Below, piece after piece: positions 31,224 through 40,645 of a stretch of DNA of 64,000 nucleotides (the first letter of the stretch is position 1; each line of letters opens with the position of its first letter). The translations under genes and the position numbers were made by a program. The notes under the pieces were generated by a model that worked only from the letters and a program-made list of their open reading frames with translations, made no database searches and was not told where the DNA came from. This DNA is from Pelobium sp. (GTDB taxonomy: Bacteria > Bacteroidota > Bacteroidia > Sphingobacteriales > Sphingobacteriaceae): contig JAZQRF010000199.1 of assembly GCA_045629485.1 (NCBI GenBank), positions 21,932-85,931 on the forward strand. Reading direction: 5' to 3'.

Positions 31224-31772
31224 ATGAAAATATATACTAAAACAGGAGACAAAGGTTTTACCTCTTTAATTGGTGGAATGAGAGTGCCAAAACATCATTT
31301 AAGAATTGAAGCTTACGGCACTATTGACGAGTTAAATTCATACCTGGGACTTATTGCTAACTCTGGTGCAGTAGAAGAAGATCAAAATTTAATTAAAGAA
31401 ATACAAGACAGATTGTTTACCATAGGTTCTGTTTTAGCTTTCGATCCTGAAAAAGCTAAAATGAATATACCGGATCTTCATCTTGCAGATATTGAATTAC
31501 TGGAAAATGAGATTGATAGCATAAATGCACATTTACCTGCATTAAAACATTTTATTCTACCAGGCGGGTCTGCTCTTGCTGCCCATTGCCACGTTGCTAG
31601 ATGTATCTGTAGGAGGGCAGAGCGAAGTGTAGTCCAGTTAAATGAAAACAGCGATATCGACAAAAAAATCATCATGTATCTTAACCGGCTTTCTGATTAC
31701 TTATTTATCCTGGCAAGGAAAGTCAATTTCAACAATAAGATTGGAGAAAACATATGGCTGCCCAGAGTTTAA
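31224..31772 (+). CDS. ATP:cob(I)alamin adenosyltransferase (PduO type)
   Basis: 182 aa with the characteristic N-terminus MKIYTKTGDKGFTSL and PduO-type helices. Confidence 0.88.
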   Translation: MKIYTKTGDKGFTSLIGGMRVPKHHLRIEAYGTIDELNSYLGLIANSGAVEEDQNLIKEIQDRLFTIGSVLAFDPEKAKMNIPDLHLADIELLENEIDSINAHLPALKHFILPGGSALAAHCHVARCICRRAERSVVQLNENSDIDKKIIMYLNRLSDYLFILARKVNFNNKIGENIWLPRV

Positions 31773-31812
31773 AAATGTTGAAAACTTTTTTAGGAACTAT
31801 AAATTTTTAATA

Positions 31813-31820
31813 TACTTTTG
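31813..31820 (+). promoter_or_regulatory. candidate -7 box (TACTTTTG) for DUF2795-like gene
   Basis: Exact TAnnTTTG match 24 nt upstream of the ATG (31844). Confidence 0.3.
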
Positions 31821-31843
31821 CGATTAAATTAAAATTCTAAATT

Positions 31844-32065
31844 ATGTATTGGACATTAGAATTAGCATCTCACTTGGAAGACGCTCCTTGGCCGGCAACG
31901 AAAGACGAATTGATAGATTATGGAATCCGTTCTGGTGCACCTGTGGAAGTTATAGAAAACCTGCAAGCACTGGAAGATGATGGAGAACCTTATGAAAATA
32001 TTGAGGAAATCTGGCCAGATTATCCAACTAAAGATGATTTCTTCTTCAACGAAGATGAATACTAA
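31844..32065 (+). CDS. small acidic protein (DUF2795-like)
   Basis: 73-aa stand-alone ORF with a -7 box at 31813..31820 and a terminator at 32071..32095. The family name comes from memory of similar sequences and is not verified. Confidence 0.65.
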   Translation: MYWTLELASHLEDAPWPATKDELIDYGIRSGAPVEVIENLQALEDDGEPYENIEEIWPDYPTKDDFFFNEDEY

Positions 32066-32070
32066 GAAAG

Positions 32071-32095
32071 AACCCGGAATATTTCGGGTTTTTTT
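32071..32095 (+). terminator. rho-independent terminator after DUF2795-like gene
   Basis: Stem AACCCGGA/TTCGGGTT (one G-U pair), loop ATAT and a T7 run. Confidence 0.75.
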
Positions 32096-32244
32096 ATGCC
32101 TAAATTGTATGTAAATTGATACAAATGAATCCTCTGCTATTCAAATTACAGCGTTAAAATGAAATAAAAAAGACATTTCTCCATTTGGTCTGGTTTTGGT
32201 TTAAGGAAGAATATAAATTATTGTTAACCTTAAAATATATAAAA

Positions 32245-32394
32245 ATGGGAAATCTACTTTATCTGATCGCAGTTATTCTAATTATTATCTGGATCTTTGG
32301 CGCATTTGTTTCACCTTTCGGTGGAGGTTTAATTCACATATTAATAGTTATAGCAATTATAGCCATATTATTAAGAGTGATAAGAGGTGCTTAA
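32245..32394 (+). CDS. small two-TM membrane protein (lmo0937-like)
   Basis: The ATG at 32245 gives a 49-aa hydrophobic peptide MGNLLYLIAVILIIIWIFGAF...ILLRVIRGA. A strong terminator lies at 32421..32447. Confidence 0.55.
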   Translation: MGNLLYLIAVILIIIWIFGAFVSPFGGGLIHILIVIAIIAILLRVIRGA

Positions 32395-32420
32395 TTAGAG
32401 GTATCATCATAAAATAAAGA

Positions 32421-32447
32421 ACGGGACAAATGCTGTCCCGTTTTTTT
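32421..32447 (+). terminator. rho-independent terminator after small membrane protein gene
   Basis: Stem ACGGGACA/TGTCCCGT with a 5-nt loop and a T7 run. Confidence 0.75.
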
Positions 32448-32459
32448 ATGAAAAATAAA

Positions 32460-33146
32460 TTAACAGGATTGATTTTTTAATAAAGCTTCAGCAACCACCA
32501 AATCTTCCTGATAGGTGATTTTAATATTAAAGTGATCACCTTCTTCTAAAAATATTCTATAACCGGCTTTCTCTACCACAGAAGCATCGTCAGTAAAATC
32601 ATCAGAAAACTCTTGTTCGTAACCAATTTTAAGCTGTTCTGCAGAGAATGTTTGGGGGGTTTGTACAAGATAAACCTGAGATCGGGGAATAGCCCTGGTT
32701 TTATCATCGGCTGCAATACGAACAGAATCCTTAGAGCCAATAACTGTTATGGCATTTCCCTTAGCTATTGCATTTTTGTAACAGTTATCTATGGTGCTTA
32801 GAGAAACCAATGGCCTAACGGCATCATGTATGGCTACAAATGCATTGGTTTCGGTAATGGTATCCAGTGCGTTTTTAACAGAAAAAAAACGTTCTTTTCC
32901 TCCGGAAACAATGCTGTACGGAATTTTAAAACCAAATTCTTCAATTTGCATTTTCCAGGTTTCTAAATCCTGGGGAGATAATACCAAAATAATTTTGGGT
33001 TGGTACTGACTTTTATGAAACTTTTCTATGGTGTGCATAAGAATGGGTTTACCTGCAACTGTTAGAAATTGCTTAGGTAGCAACGAATTCATTCTCTTAC
33101 CTGTTCCGCCGGCAACAATTATAGCATAGAAAATAGGATGTTTCAT
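32460..33146 (-). CDS. ispD: 2-C-methyl-D-erythritol 4-phosphate cytidylyltransferase
   Basis: 228 aa with an IspD-like N-terminus (AIIVAGGTGKRM...PKQF). Confidence 0.9.
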   Translation of the reverse strand: MKHPIFYAIIVAGGTGKRMNSLLPKQFLTVAGKPILMHTIEKFHKSQYQPKIILVLSPQDLETWKMQIEEFGFKIPYSIVSGGKERFFSVKNALDTITETNAFVAIHDAVRPLVSLSTIDNCYKNAIAKGNAITVIGSKDSVRIAADDKTRAIPRSQVYLVQTPQTFSAEQLKIGYEQEFSDDFTDDASVVEKAGYRIFLEEGDHFNIKITYQEDLVVAEALLKNQSC

Positions 33147-33197
33147 TTGAGATAAGAATAAACAATAAAGGCCAAAATTTCCGGCCTTTATTATAAT

Positions 33198-34247
33198 TTA
33201 GATAATTAGCATGGCATCACCATAGCTATAAAATCTATATTTCTCTTTAACAGCAACTTCATAAGCATGCATTACATTTTCGTAACCTCCAAATGCCGAT
33301 ACCATCATCAATAAAGTTGATTCTGGTGTATGGAAGTTAGTGATCATGCTATTGGCAATACTAAATTCGTAAGGAGGGAAAATGAATTTAGAAGTCCAAT
33401 CATTAATCGGTTTCAATGTATGGTTTGCAGATACAGCAGATTCTATGGCTCTCATAGCAGTTGTACCTACAGCGCAAACTCTTCTTTTATGTTCTATAGC
33501 ATTATTAACAATATCGGCTGCCTTTTGCTCGATAATGATTTGCTCAGAATCCATTTTATGTTTAGTTAGATCTTCTACTTCAACTTGTCTAAAAGTTCCT
33601 AATCCAACATGTAATGTTACCTCTGCAAAATCAACTCCTTTAAGCTCTAATCTTTTCATTAGTTCGCGGCTAAAGTGTAGTCCTGCAGTTGGAGCAGCCA
33701 CAGCACCTTCATTTTTAGCGAAAATGGTTTGGTAACGTTCTTTATCTTCGGCAGTAGGCTTTCTTTTGATATATTTAGGAAGAGGAGTTTCTCCTAAAAT
33801 CTCAATATTCTGACGGAATTCTTCATCAGTACCATCAAATAAGAATCTAATTGTTCGCCCTCTTGATGTTGTATTATCTACAACTTCGGCAACTAAAAGA
33901 TCATCATCACCAAAATAAAGTTTATTACCTACTCTTATTTTTCTTGCTGGATCTACTAAAACATCCCACAATCTTAATTCTTTATTTAATTCTCTTAAAA
34001 GAAAGACTTCTATTGTCGCACCAGTTTTTTCCTTATTTCCGTATAAGCGGGCAGGAAAAACCTTGGTATTATTCAAAATCATCACATCTTTTTCTTCAAA
34101 ATATCCAAGAACATCTTTAAATAACTTGTGTTCTATATTTCCTGTTTTCTTATCTAAAACCATTAATCTAGACTCGTCGCGTACTTCGGAAGGATTATGA
34201 GCAATAAGAGATTCTGGTAAATGGAATTTGAATTGTGATAATTTCAT
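33198..34247 (-). CDS. queA: S-adenosylmethionine:tRNA ribosyltransferase-isomerase
   Basis: 349 aa with a full-length QueA-like sequence ([16 protein letters not shown]...[12 protein letters not shown]). Confidence 0.94.
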   Translation of the reverse strand: MKLSQFKFHLPESLIAHNPSEVRDESRLMVLDKKTGNIEHKLFKDVLGYFEEKDVMILNNTKVFPARLYGNKEKTGATIEVFLLRELNKELRLWDVLVDPARKIRVGNKLYFGDDDLLVAEVVDNTTSRGRTIRFLFDGTDEEFRQNIEILGETPLPKYIKRKPTAEDKERYQTIFAKNEGAVAAPTAGLHFSRELMKRLELKGVDFAEVTLHVGLGTFRQVEVEDLTKHKMDSEQIIIEQKAADIVNNAIEHKRRVCAVGTTAMRAIESAVSANHTLKPINDWTSKFIFPPYEFSIANSMITNFHTPESTLLMMVSAFGGYENVMHAYEVAVKEKYRFYSYGDAMLII

Positions 34248-34272
34248 ATGTTTTGAACAAATATTTGGAGCG

Positions 34273-34280
34273 CAAATTTA
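34273..34280 (-). promoter_or_regulatory. candidate -7 box (TAAATTTG on minus strand) for queA
   Basis: CAAATTTA on the plus strand, 26 nt upstream of the queA ATG (34247). Confidence 0.3.
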
Positions 34281-34383
34281 CAAAAAGATTGTCATTATTG
34301 CAATCAACATAAAAGCAGGCATTTTGTTTAGTATTTTTAATACTCACTGTAACTTTTACACTTCACGTTTGTCTTAATTATAT

Positions 34384-35631
34384 ATGCTATTTCTAAAGCT
34401 ACTTCGGGAAAGTTTTTTATTTGCAGTAGATGCACTAAGGCAAAATAAGACACGTACTTTTCTTTCTTTATTGGGAATCACCATTGGGATATTTACCATT
34501 ATTAGTGTTTTTGCTGCTGTAGATACTTTTAGAGGGAAGTTGCAGGAAAGTGTAGATAAACTGGGGAGTAAAACCATTTTCGTGGAGAAATGGCCATGGG
34601 GCGGATTTAATGATTATCCATGGTGGAAATATATGCAAAGGCCAACAGTAAATTTAAGGGACTACGAATCCTTAAAAGAAAGAATCACTTCTGCTGAGGG
34701 TGTTTGCTATCAAATAGGCCTACCTAACAGAACATTAAAATATAAAAGTAATTCCATTGAAGGTGCACAAATTATGGCAGCTTCTCATGATTATAATAAA
34801 ACATGGAGTTTTGATTTGTCTGAAGGAAGATATTTTACCGAAAATGAATCTAAAAGTGGAAGCCCGGTTTGTTTAATTGGAGCTGACCTGGCTGAGGGCT
34901 TATTTCCAAACCAAACCGCCGAAGGGAAACAAATTAAAGTTTTAGGCAGGAATATATTGGTTATTGGCGTTTTTAAAAAGGAGGGAGAAGACATGATGGG
35001 GGTCTCCTCTGATAAGACCCTGTTAATTCCACTAAATTTCGCAAAAAACATTGTCGATATTCAAAGTGAAAATTACGGCCCGCAGATTACTGTCAGAGGG
35101 AAAGAATCTGTATCTTTAGAGGAGGTAGAAAGTGAAGTGTCTGGTTTAATGCGGGCAATAAGAAGATTAAAACCTGTTGAAGATGATAACTTTGCTCTAA
35201 ATCAAACCACTATCATTACCCAGCACTTAGACCAAATGTTTGCGATTGTAAATTTGGCAGGATGGATTATAGGTGGTTTCTCTATTCTTGTTGGAGGCTT
35301 TGGAATTGCAAACATCATGTTTGTTTCTGTAAAAGAACGAACCAATATAATTGGAATCCAAAAATCTTTGGGAGCTAAAAATTATTTCATTCTGCTTCAA
35401 TTCCTATTCGAGGCCATAGCTTTATCTTTAATTGGGGGATTATTTGGCTTAGCAGTAGTTTATATTCTTACTTTAATAAGTACTTATGTCTTTGATTTCG
35501 AAATAATATTAGACACCGCTAATATCATAAGAGGGATTTCTATTTCTGCTGTGATAGGGATAATATCCGGTTTCTGGCCTGCATTTTCTGCGTCCAGATT
35601 AGACCCTGTAGAAGCAATCCGATCTAAATAG
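34384..35631 (+). CDS. ABC transporter permease (FtsX/MacB family)
   Basis: 415 aa with an N-terminal TM segment, a large periplasmic MacB_PCD-like domain and a C-terminal FtsX 3-TM domain. Confidence 0.88.
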   Translation: MLFLKLLRESFLFAVDALRQNKTRTFLSLLGITIGIFTIISVFAAVDTFRGKLQESVDKLGSKTIFVEKWPWGGFNDYPWWKYMQRPTVNLRDYESLKERITSAEGVCYQIGLPNRTLKYKSNSIEGAQIMAASHDYNKTWSFDLSEGRYFTENESKSGSPVCLIGADLAEGLFPNQTAEGKQIKVLGRNILVIGVFKKEGEDMMGVSSDKTLLIPLNFAKNIVDIQSENYGPQITVRGKESVSLEEVESEVSGLMRAIRRLKPVEDDNFALNQTTIITQHLDQMFAIVNLAGWIIGGFSILVGGFGIANIMFVSVKERTNIIGIQKSLGAKNYFILLQFLFEAIALSLIGGLFGLAVVYILTLISTYVFDFEIILDTANIIRGISISAVIGIISGFWPAFSASRLDPVEAIRSK

Positions 35632-35757
35632 GGATTTGAATCTAACACATCAAGCCTTAACCAAAATTTCCCTGTTAAAGACAGCTAACGCAAATATTAC
35701 AGTACAACAAGAGTATTTAAAGAAAGAATAACGTTCTTTATCACTTAACTATTCACA

Positions 35758-36105
35758 ATGAAAACTCTGTTATCTCTATTTTTTGCTGCTATTCTTTTAT
35801 CTTCTTGTGGTTCCGGTACTGATAAAAGCGATAAGACTATCAATTCAGAAGGAGTAAATAGCTCATCGAATCAGCCACTTAACAATCCTGCACATGGTAT
35901 GCCTGGTCATGATTGTGCTATACCAGAAGGGGCTCCATTACCTCAAAAAGGAAATGCCCAGCAACAATCACCCACATCTTTTCCTCCACCTGTACCATCA
36001 GAACACCAGAGCTTACCTGCAGAAACTAATAAAGCCGTAAAGCTTAATCCTGCACATGGTATGCCCGGGCACCGTTGCGAAATTGCAGTTGGAGCACCTC
36101 TTTAG
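35758..36105 (+). CDS. small lipoprotein with duplicated NPAHGMPGHxC motif
   Basis: 115 aa with the lipobox LLSSCGS, a low-complexity linker and two 19-aa modules, NPAHGMPGHDCAIPEGAPL and NPAHGMPGHRCEIAVGAPL. Confidence 0.65.
   Translation: MKTLLSLFFAAILLSSCGSGTDKSDKTINSEGVNSSSNQPLNNPAHGMPGHDCAIPEGAPLPQKGNAQQQSPTSFPPPVPSEHQSLPAETNKAVKLNPAHGMPGHRCEIAVGAPL
35884..35940 (+). repeat. intragenic repeat copy 1 (encodes NPAHGMPGHDCAIPEGAPL)
   Basis: The first 20 nt (aatcctgcacatggtatgcc) are identical to copy 2, and both copies are in frame. Confidence 0.85.
36046..36102 (+). repeat. intragenic repeat copy 2 (encodes NPAHGMPGHRCEIAVGAPL)
   Basis: Has the same 20-nt head as copy 1 and lies 162 nt downstream. 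It ends at the stop codon. Confidence 0.85.
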
Positions 36106-36285
36106 CTAGCTGCCTTGCGCCTGTTGTTGATGCAAAAGCCATAAAACGTTTACGAAGTTTTATTTTTAAAAGTCTGGTTTGTGAGAATATTTTTTCATAA
36201 ACTGGATTATTAAACGCATTTAAATATAATTTTATAATCTTTGTGACTGGCAAGTAATTAAATATCCCGCGTACGCTCCCAGTAT

Positions 36286-38082
36286 ATGAGTTTTTTTATT
36301 CATTATTTAAATAACCTCGTAAAAAAAATAGCTAATAAAGAAGCCGATAATATAAATAAGGCGAGGGTAGAAATGCTGATTTACATCATTGCGGCCTATT
36401 TGATATTTAGCGGAATATTATTAATTGCATATCAGTTCGATAACCAACCTCTGCAACAATTAAGGGTAGCCTTTGTATTTGTTACAGCAATTCTTTTCAT
36501 TCTCATTCTTAATAGAAATATTAGCTCATGGCGCTTTATTTCCCATTTTGTCATTTGTTTGATAACATTCGGAATATGGTCTAATCTACTCTTTTATGTA
36601 AGAGGAGTAAATATTGCGACCCTTCAATATGTTTGGTTTGCTTGCGCACTTGGTTTTTACATGCATGGTACAAAATGGGGATGGTTCTATGCCTGTATCA
36701 ATGTGATTCCGATTCTTGCTTTCACTATTACCGAGGCTAATTATTTTTCGATAGGAGGTGGTGCACAAAAGATTAGTTTAGGTTCTTACTTTTTTGTGAT
36801 CTGCTATAATTTTGCTTTAATTATATTTCTGCATTATTACTTTTTTAAGGCCTTTAATTCTAATTTTATTATGCTTACCCAAGCCAAAGACGAATTAAAC
36901 GTACTAAATAAGAAGCTGAATGATACATTATATGATCTGGAGCAAATCTCTAACTCGAGGATGGATTTTTTATCCACTATGTCTCATGAGTTGAGAACAC
37001 CTATGAATGGTGTAATTGGTATTTCTAACGCCTTATTATATAAAAATCCAAGAGAGGACCAAAAAGAAGATCTTGCTCTTCTGAAATTTTCTACTGAAAA
37101 CTTATTGTCTTTAATTAATGATATTCTTGATTTTAATAAATTAGAAGCCAACAAAGTCACGTTAGAAAGTGTAGATTTTGATCTTGCCCTACTGGTAGAA
37201 AATAATTTCGCAACATTCGCTTTAAAAGCGAAAGAGAAGAAATTAGATTTCAATTTTTCTATAGATAAACAACTGCAAGGAAAAGTTGTGAGTAGCGATC
37301 CAACACGTTTAACACAAGTATTATTAAACTTAATAAATAATGCTATAAAATTTACTGATAAAGGTTATGTAAATATTATAACCAGGGTGCTATTTATAGA
37401 TAGTAATATTGTAAAAGTGCGCTTTACAATAGAAGACACCGGCATAGGTATTGAAGCTCATAAGCAGAGCGAGATATTCGAAGTCTTTGCCCAGGCATCA
37501 TCACATACCAACAGGCAGTACGGCGGGACCGGACTAGGCTTACCAATAGTGAAGAGAATTTTAGAAATGTTTAACTCGAATATTTTCATTGAAAGCAAAA
37601 TTACTAAGGGTACAAAAATGTTTTTTGATATTGATTTCCCTTACAAAGAAGATTCTTTGGCAGATTTAAAGGAAACTGAACCTATGTTGGATTTAAGTCA
37701 TTTAAAGATATTGATAGCCGAAGACAACCTGATTAATATATTGGTGATTCAGCGAACCTTAGAAAGGTGGGGTATTGTACCCGTAATTGCAGAAAATGGT
37801 GCTTTAGCATTAGAGAAAATTACAGAAGAAGATTTTGATGTTTTATTGCTGGATATTTATATGCCTGAAATGGATGGATACGAAACTTCAAAGGCAATCA
37901 GAAACCTGGCCGACCCGGTTAAAGCCAACACCCACATTATAGCTTTTACTGCTACCATCAACAATAACATTGCTACAAAAGTTTCAGAATGCGGTATGAA
38001 TGATTACCTGCCTAAACCATTTAGCCCGCAGCAATTATTTATGAAATTACAACAAATAGTAATGAGTAAATCTACTACTTAA
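36286..38082 (+). CDS. hybrid sensor histidine kinase/response regulator with polytopic membrane N-terminus
   Basis: 598 aa. About 6 predicted TM helices, H-box LSTMSHELRTPMNGV, HATPase_c (GGTGLGLPIVKRI) and a C-terminal receiver (ILIAEDN...LLLDIYMPEMDG). Confidence 0.88.
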   Translation: MSFFIHYLNNLVKKIANKEADNINKARVEMLIYIIAAYLIFSGILLIAYQFDNQPLQQLRVAFVFVTAILFILILNRNISSWRFISHFVICLITFGIWSNLLFYVRGVNIATLQYVWFACALGFYMHGTKWGWFYACINVIPILAFTITEANYFSIGGGAQKISLGSYFFVICYNFALIIFLHYYFFKAFNSNFIMLTQAKDELNVLNKKLNDTLYDLEQISNSRMDFLSTMSHELRTPMNGVIGISNALLYKNPREDQKEDLALLKFSTENLLSLINDILDFNKLEANKVTLESVDFDLALLVENNFATFALKAKEKKLDFNFSIDKQLQGKVVSSDPTRLTQVLLNLINNAIKFTDKGYVNIITRVLFIDSNIVKVRFTIEDTGIGIEAHKQSEIFEVFAQASSHTNRQYGGTGLGLPIVKRILEMFNSNIFIESKITKGTKMFFDIDFPYKEDSLADLKETEPMLDLSHLKILIAEDNLINILVIQRTLERWGIVPVIAENGALALEKITEEDFDVLLLDIYMPEMDGYETSKAIRNLADPVKANTHIIAFTATINNNIATKVSECGMNDYLPKPFSPQQLFMKLQQIVMSKSTT

Positions 38083-38184
38083 TGCTTATAATAAAATGTA
38101 ATCCAACATCATACAGCTCTTGTATAAATCTATGGGATTTATCACTATATAAATATAAGCTACATGATTAATTGCAAAAAAAAA

Positions 38185-38198
38185 GTGATATAGATCAC
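38185..38198. promoter_or_regulatory. perfect palindrome GTGAT-ATAG-ATCAC (CRP/FNR-family-type site)
   Basis: Read directly from the sequence. Its centre lies about 69 bp upstream of the ccoI ATG, and it shares the TGAT-N4-ATCA core of the FNR consensus TTGAT-N4-ATCAA. Confidence 0.35.
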
Positions 38199-38260
38199 GT
38201 TTTCTATCCCAAGCCAATCATTTTAGAAGTCTTGAAATTTATAGATTTTTATAAAATATT

Positions 38261-40645
38261 ATGGCGACACTAGTTAAACCGGTTTGTTATCATTGCGGAG
38301 AAGACACCTTTACAGGTTCTTATCAGCACCAGGATAAAGTTTTTTGCTGTTCGGGCTGCTTAAATGTTTATCAAATTCTATCGGCAAGTAACCTGGGCAG
38401 TTACTATAAGCTAAACAATCATCCCGGTAAAACCCAGGTGTCTGCTACACAATTCTCTTACCTTGAAGAGCCAGAGATCAAGGCTAGACTGATAGACTAC
38501 ACTGACAGCTCTAAAACCATCATCACCTTCTATATCCCTGCTATTCATTGCAGTTCATGTATTTGGTTACTAGAGCATTTGCATACCTTACATAAAGGCA
38601 TACTCGAGAACAGGGTAGACTTCCTGAAGAAGCAGGTTTATATACAATTCGATCATCAACAACTTAGCTTAAAAGAGTTAGCAGAGCTTTTGCAATCTAT
38701 AGGTTACGAGCCTCTAATATCTTTACAGGATGTTGTTAAAGAACAAAAGAAGGTTAAAGACAGGCTACCTTCTAAAATTGCAGTGGCAGGTTTCTGCTTC
38801 GGTAATAGTATGTTATTGAGCTTCCCTTCTTATTTTGGTTTATCAGAAGGTATTGATGCTGATTTTAGTTATTTCTTTGGTTTGCTTAACCTGCTATTTT
38901 GTTTCCCGGTAGTATTTTATTCAGGTCGGGATTTCTTTAACAGGGCTTATAAAGACCTGAGGAACGGGATACTTAGTCTCGATTTCCCTTTAGCACTGGG
39001 TATAGCCGTGTTGTTCTTAAGAACTTTTGTAGAATGTGCTTTTGCCATAGGAGATGGTTTTGCAGATAGTTTAACAGGGTTGGTTTTCTTCTTATTGACA
39101 GGACGATATGTTCAGCAAAAAACCTATTACCATTTATCTTTCGAAAGAGATTACCGTTCCTTCTTCCCCGTATCTGTTAAAGTTGTTGATGCAAACGGTA
39201 AAGAAACAGATGTACCTTTAGAAAAACTTGAGGAAGGGCACCGTATAAGAATTAAAAACCAGGAGATTATACCTGCAGATGCTATTCTTTTACAGGGAGA
39301 AGCAATGGTAGATTTTAGCTTTGTTACCGGGGAATCTATCCCTGTTCATAAAACGCTGGGAGAAATTATTTATGCAGGCGGACGCCAGTTGGGAGGTTTC
39401 TTAGAGCTGGAGGTAGTAAAGCCTGTATCACAAAGTTACCTTACACAGCTATGGAATAACGAAGCTTTTAAGAAGCATTCTTCTACGCGAATCAAAACTT
39501 TTGTAAGTAAGGTTAGCCATTACTTTAGTATTATTCTGTTAACAATAGCTTTTGGAGCTTTACTATATTGGATTCCGCAAGACTGGCAACGTGGGGTTGC
39601 TGCTTTTACTGCTGTATTAATTATTGCCTGCCCATGTGCGCTGGCTTTAAGTACGCCTTTTACCATGTCGGCGGCATTGAGTATTTTTGACAAGAACAAG
39701 TTTTACCTTAAAAACACCGAAGTGGTAGAGCAGCTGGCTGCCATAGATACCATTGTATTTGATAAAACCGGAACGATTACCTTAACAGAGAATGATGGAG
39801 TATCCTTTAAAGGAAATTTAAATCATGAGCTCAAAAGTGTTATTTATAGTTTGTGTAAGAATTCATCGCATCCACTCAGCCGTAAAATATCTGATTACCT
39901 GCAAGACAGCCAGGAAATTCCCCTCGAAAACTATATAGAAGAAGCAGGAAAGGGCCTGCAGGCAACTTATAAACAACAAAAAATAAAACTGGGAAGCAGG
40001 CTGTATATTGCTGGCCAAAAACAAAACGATACCACACATTCTGAAGTACATGTAAGCGTAGAAAATGATTACGCCGGATATTTTACCATCAAACAAAAAC
40101 TAAGAGCCGGTTTAAAAGAACTGCTTAGCGATTTAAACAGAACATACGATGCACACCTGCTTTCGGGTGATGCCAGCCACGATGCGGCTAAGCTTAGTCC
40201 GTATTTTAAAAACAGCAATGTACTGCACTTTAAACAATCTCCGCAAGACAAGCTTAATTTCATCAATAACTTGCTGCAGATGGGGAATAAGGTAATGATG
40301 ATTGGGGATGGTTTAAATGACTCGGGTGCACTAAAACAAAGCAATGCTGGGGTAGCCATTACAGATCATATCAATAACTTTACCCCAGGGAGCGATGCCA
40401 TTCTTGATGCAGCATCTTTACATCTGCTGCCGCGTTTTATGCAGTTTTCAAAATCGGCGGTGAAAGTGATTCATTTCTCTTTTATCATATCGTCTACTTA
40501 TAATGTTTTTGGTTTAGCTTATGCCGTAACCGGGAATTTATCTCCCTTATTTGCAGCTATTTTAATGCCTTTAAGTACAGTAACCATTATATCTTTTACC
40601 AGCCTGGCCACACATTACGCCGCTAAAAAACTAAACCTGTTATGA
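38261..40645 (+). CDS. ccoI: heavy-metal (copper) translocating P1B-type ATPase, CcoI/FixI-like
   Basis: 794 aa. N-terminal Cys-rich ATPase cation-binding domain (CYHCGE...CCSGC), HMA-like HCSSC, CPC at 39629..39637, DKTGT at 39761..39775 and hinge GDGLNDSGAL. Overlaps ccoS by 4 nt. Confidence 0.9.
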   Translation: MATLVKPVCYHCGEDTFTGSYQHQDKVFCCSGCLNVYQILSASNLGSYYKLNNHPGKTQVSATQFSYLEEPEIKARLIDYTDSSKTIITFYIPAIHCSSCIWLLEHLHTLHKGILENRVDFLKKQVYIQFDHQQLSLKELAELLQSIGYEPLISLQDVVKEQKKVKDRLPSKIAVAGFCFGNSMLLSFPSYFGLSEGIDADFSYFFGLLNLLFCFPVVFYSGRDFFNRAYKDLRNGILSLDFPLALGIAVLFLRTFVECAFAIGDGFADSLTGLVFFLLTGRYVQQKTYYHLSFERDYRSFFPVSVKVVDANGKETDVPLEKLEEGHRIRIKNQEIIPADAILLQGEAMVDFSFVTGESIPVHKTLGEIIYAGGRQLGGFLELEVVKPVSQSYLTQLWNNEAFKKHSSTRIKTFVSKVSHYFSIILLTIAFGALLYWIPQDWQRGVAAFTAVLIIACPCALALSTPFTMSAALSIFDKNKFYLKNTEVVEQLAAIDTIVFDKTGTITLTENDGVSFKGNLNHELKSVIYSLCKNSSHPLSRKISDYLQDSQEIPLENYIEEAGKGLQATYKQQKIKLGSRLYIAGQKQNDTTHSEVHVSVENDYAGYFTIKQKLRAGLKELLSDLNRTYDAHLLSGDASHDAAKLSPYFKNSNVLHFKQSPQDKLNFINNLLQMGNKVMMIGDGLNDSGALKQSNAGVAITDHINNFTPGSDAILDAASLHLLPRFMQFSKSAVKVIHFSFIISSTYNVFGLAYAVTGNLSPLFAAILMPLSTVTIISFTSLATHYAAKKLNLL

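Noticed and set aside
32185-32244. Upstream extension of the small membrane protein ORF
   Set aside because: The extension (MVWFWFKEEYKLLLTLKYIK) precedes a clean ATG that starts the hydrophobic peptide, so the shorter form is more plausible.
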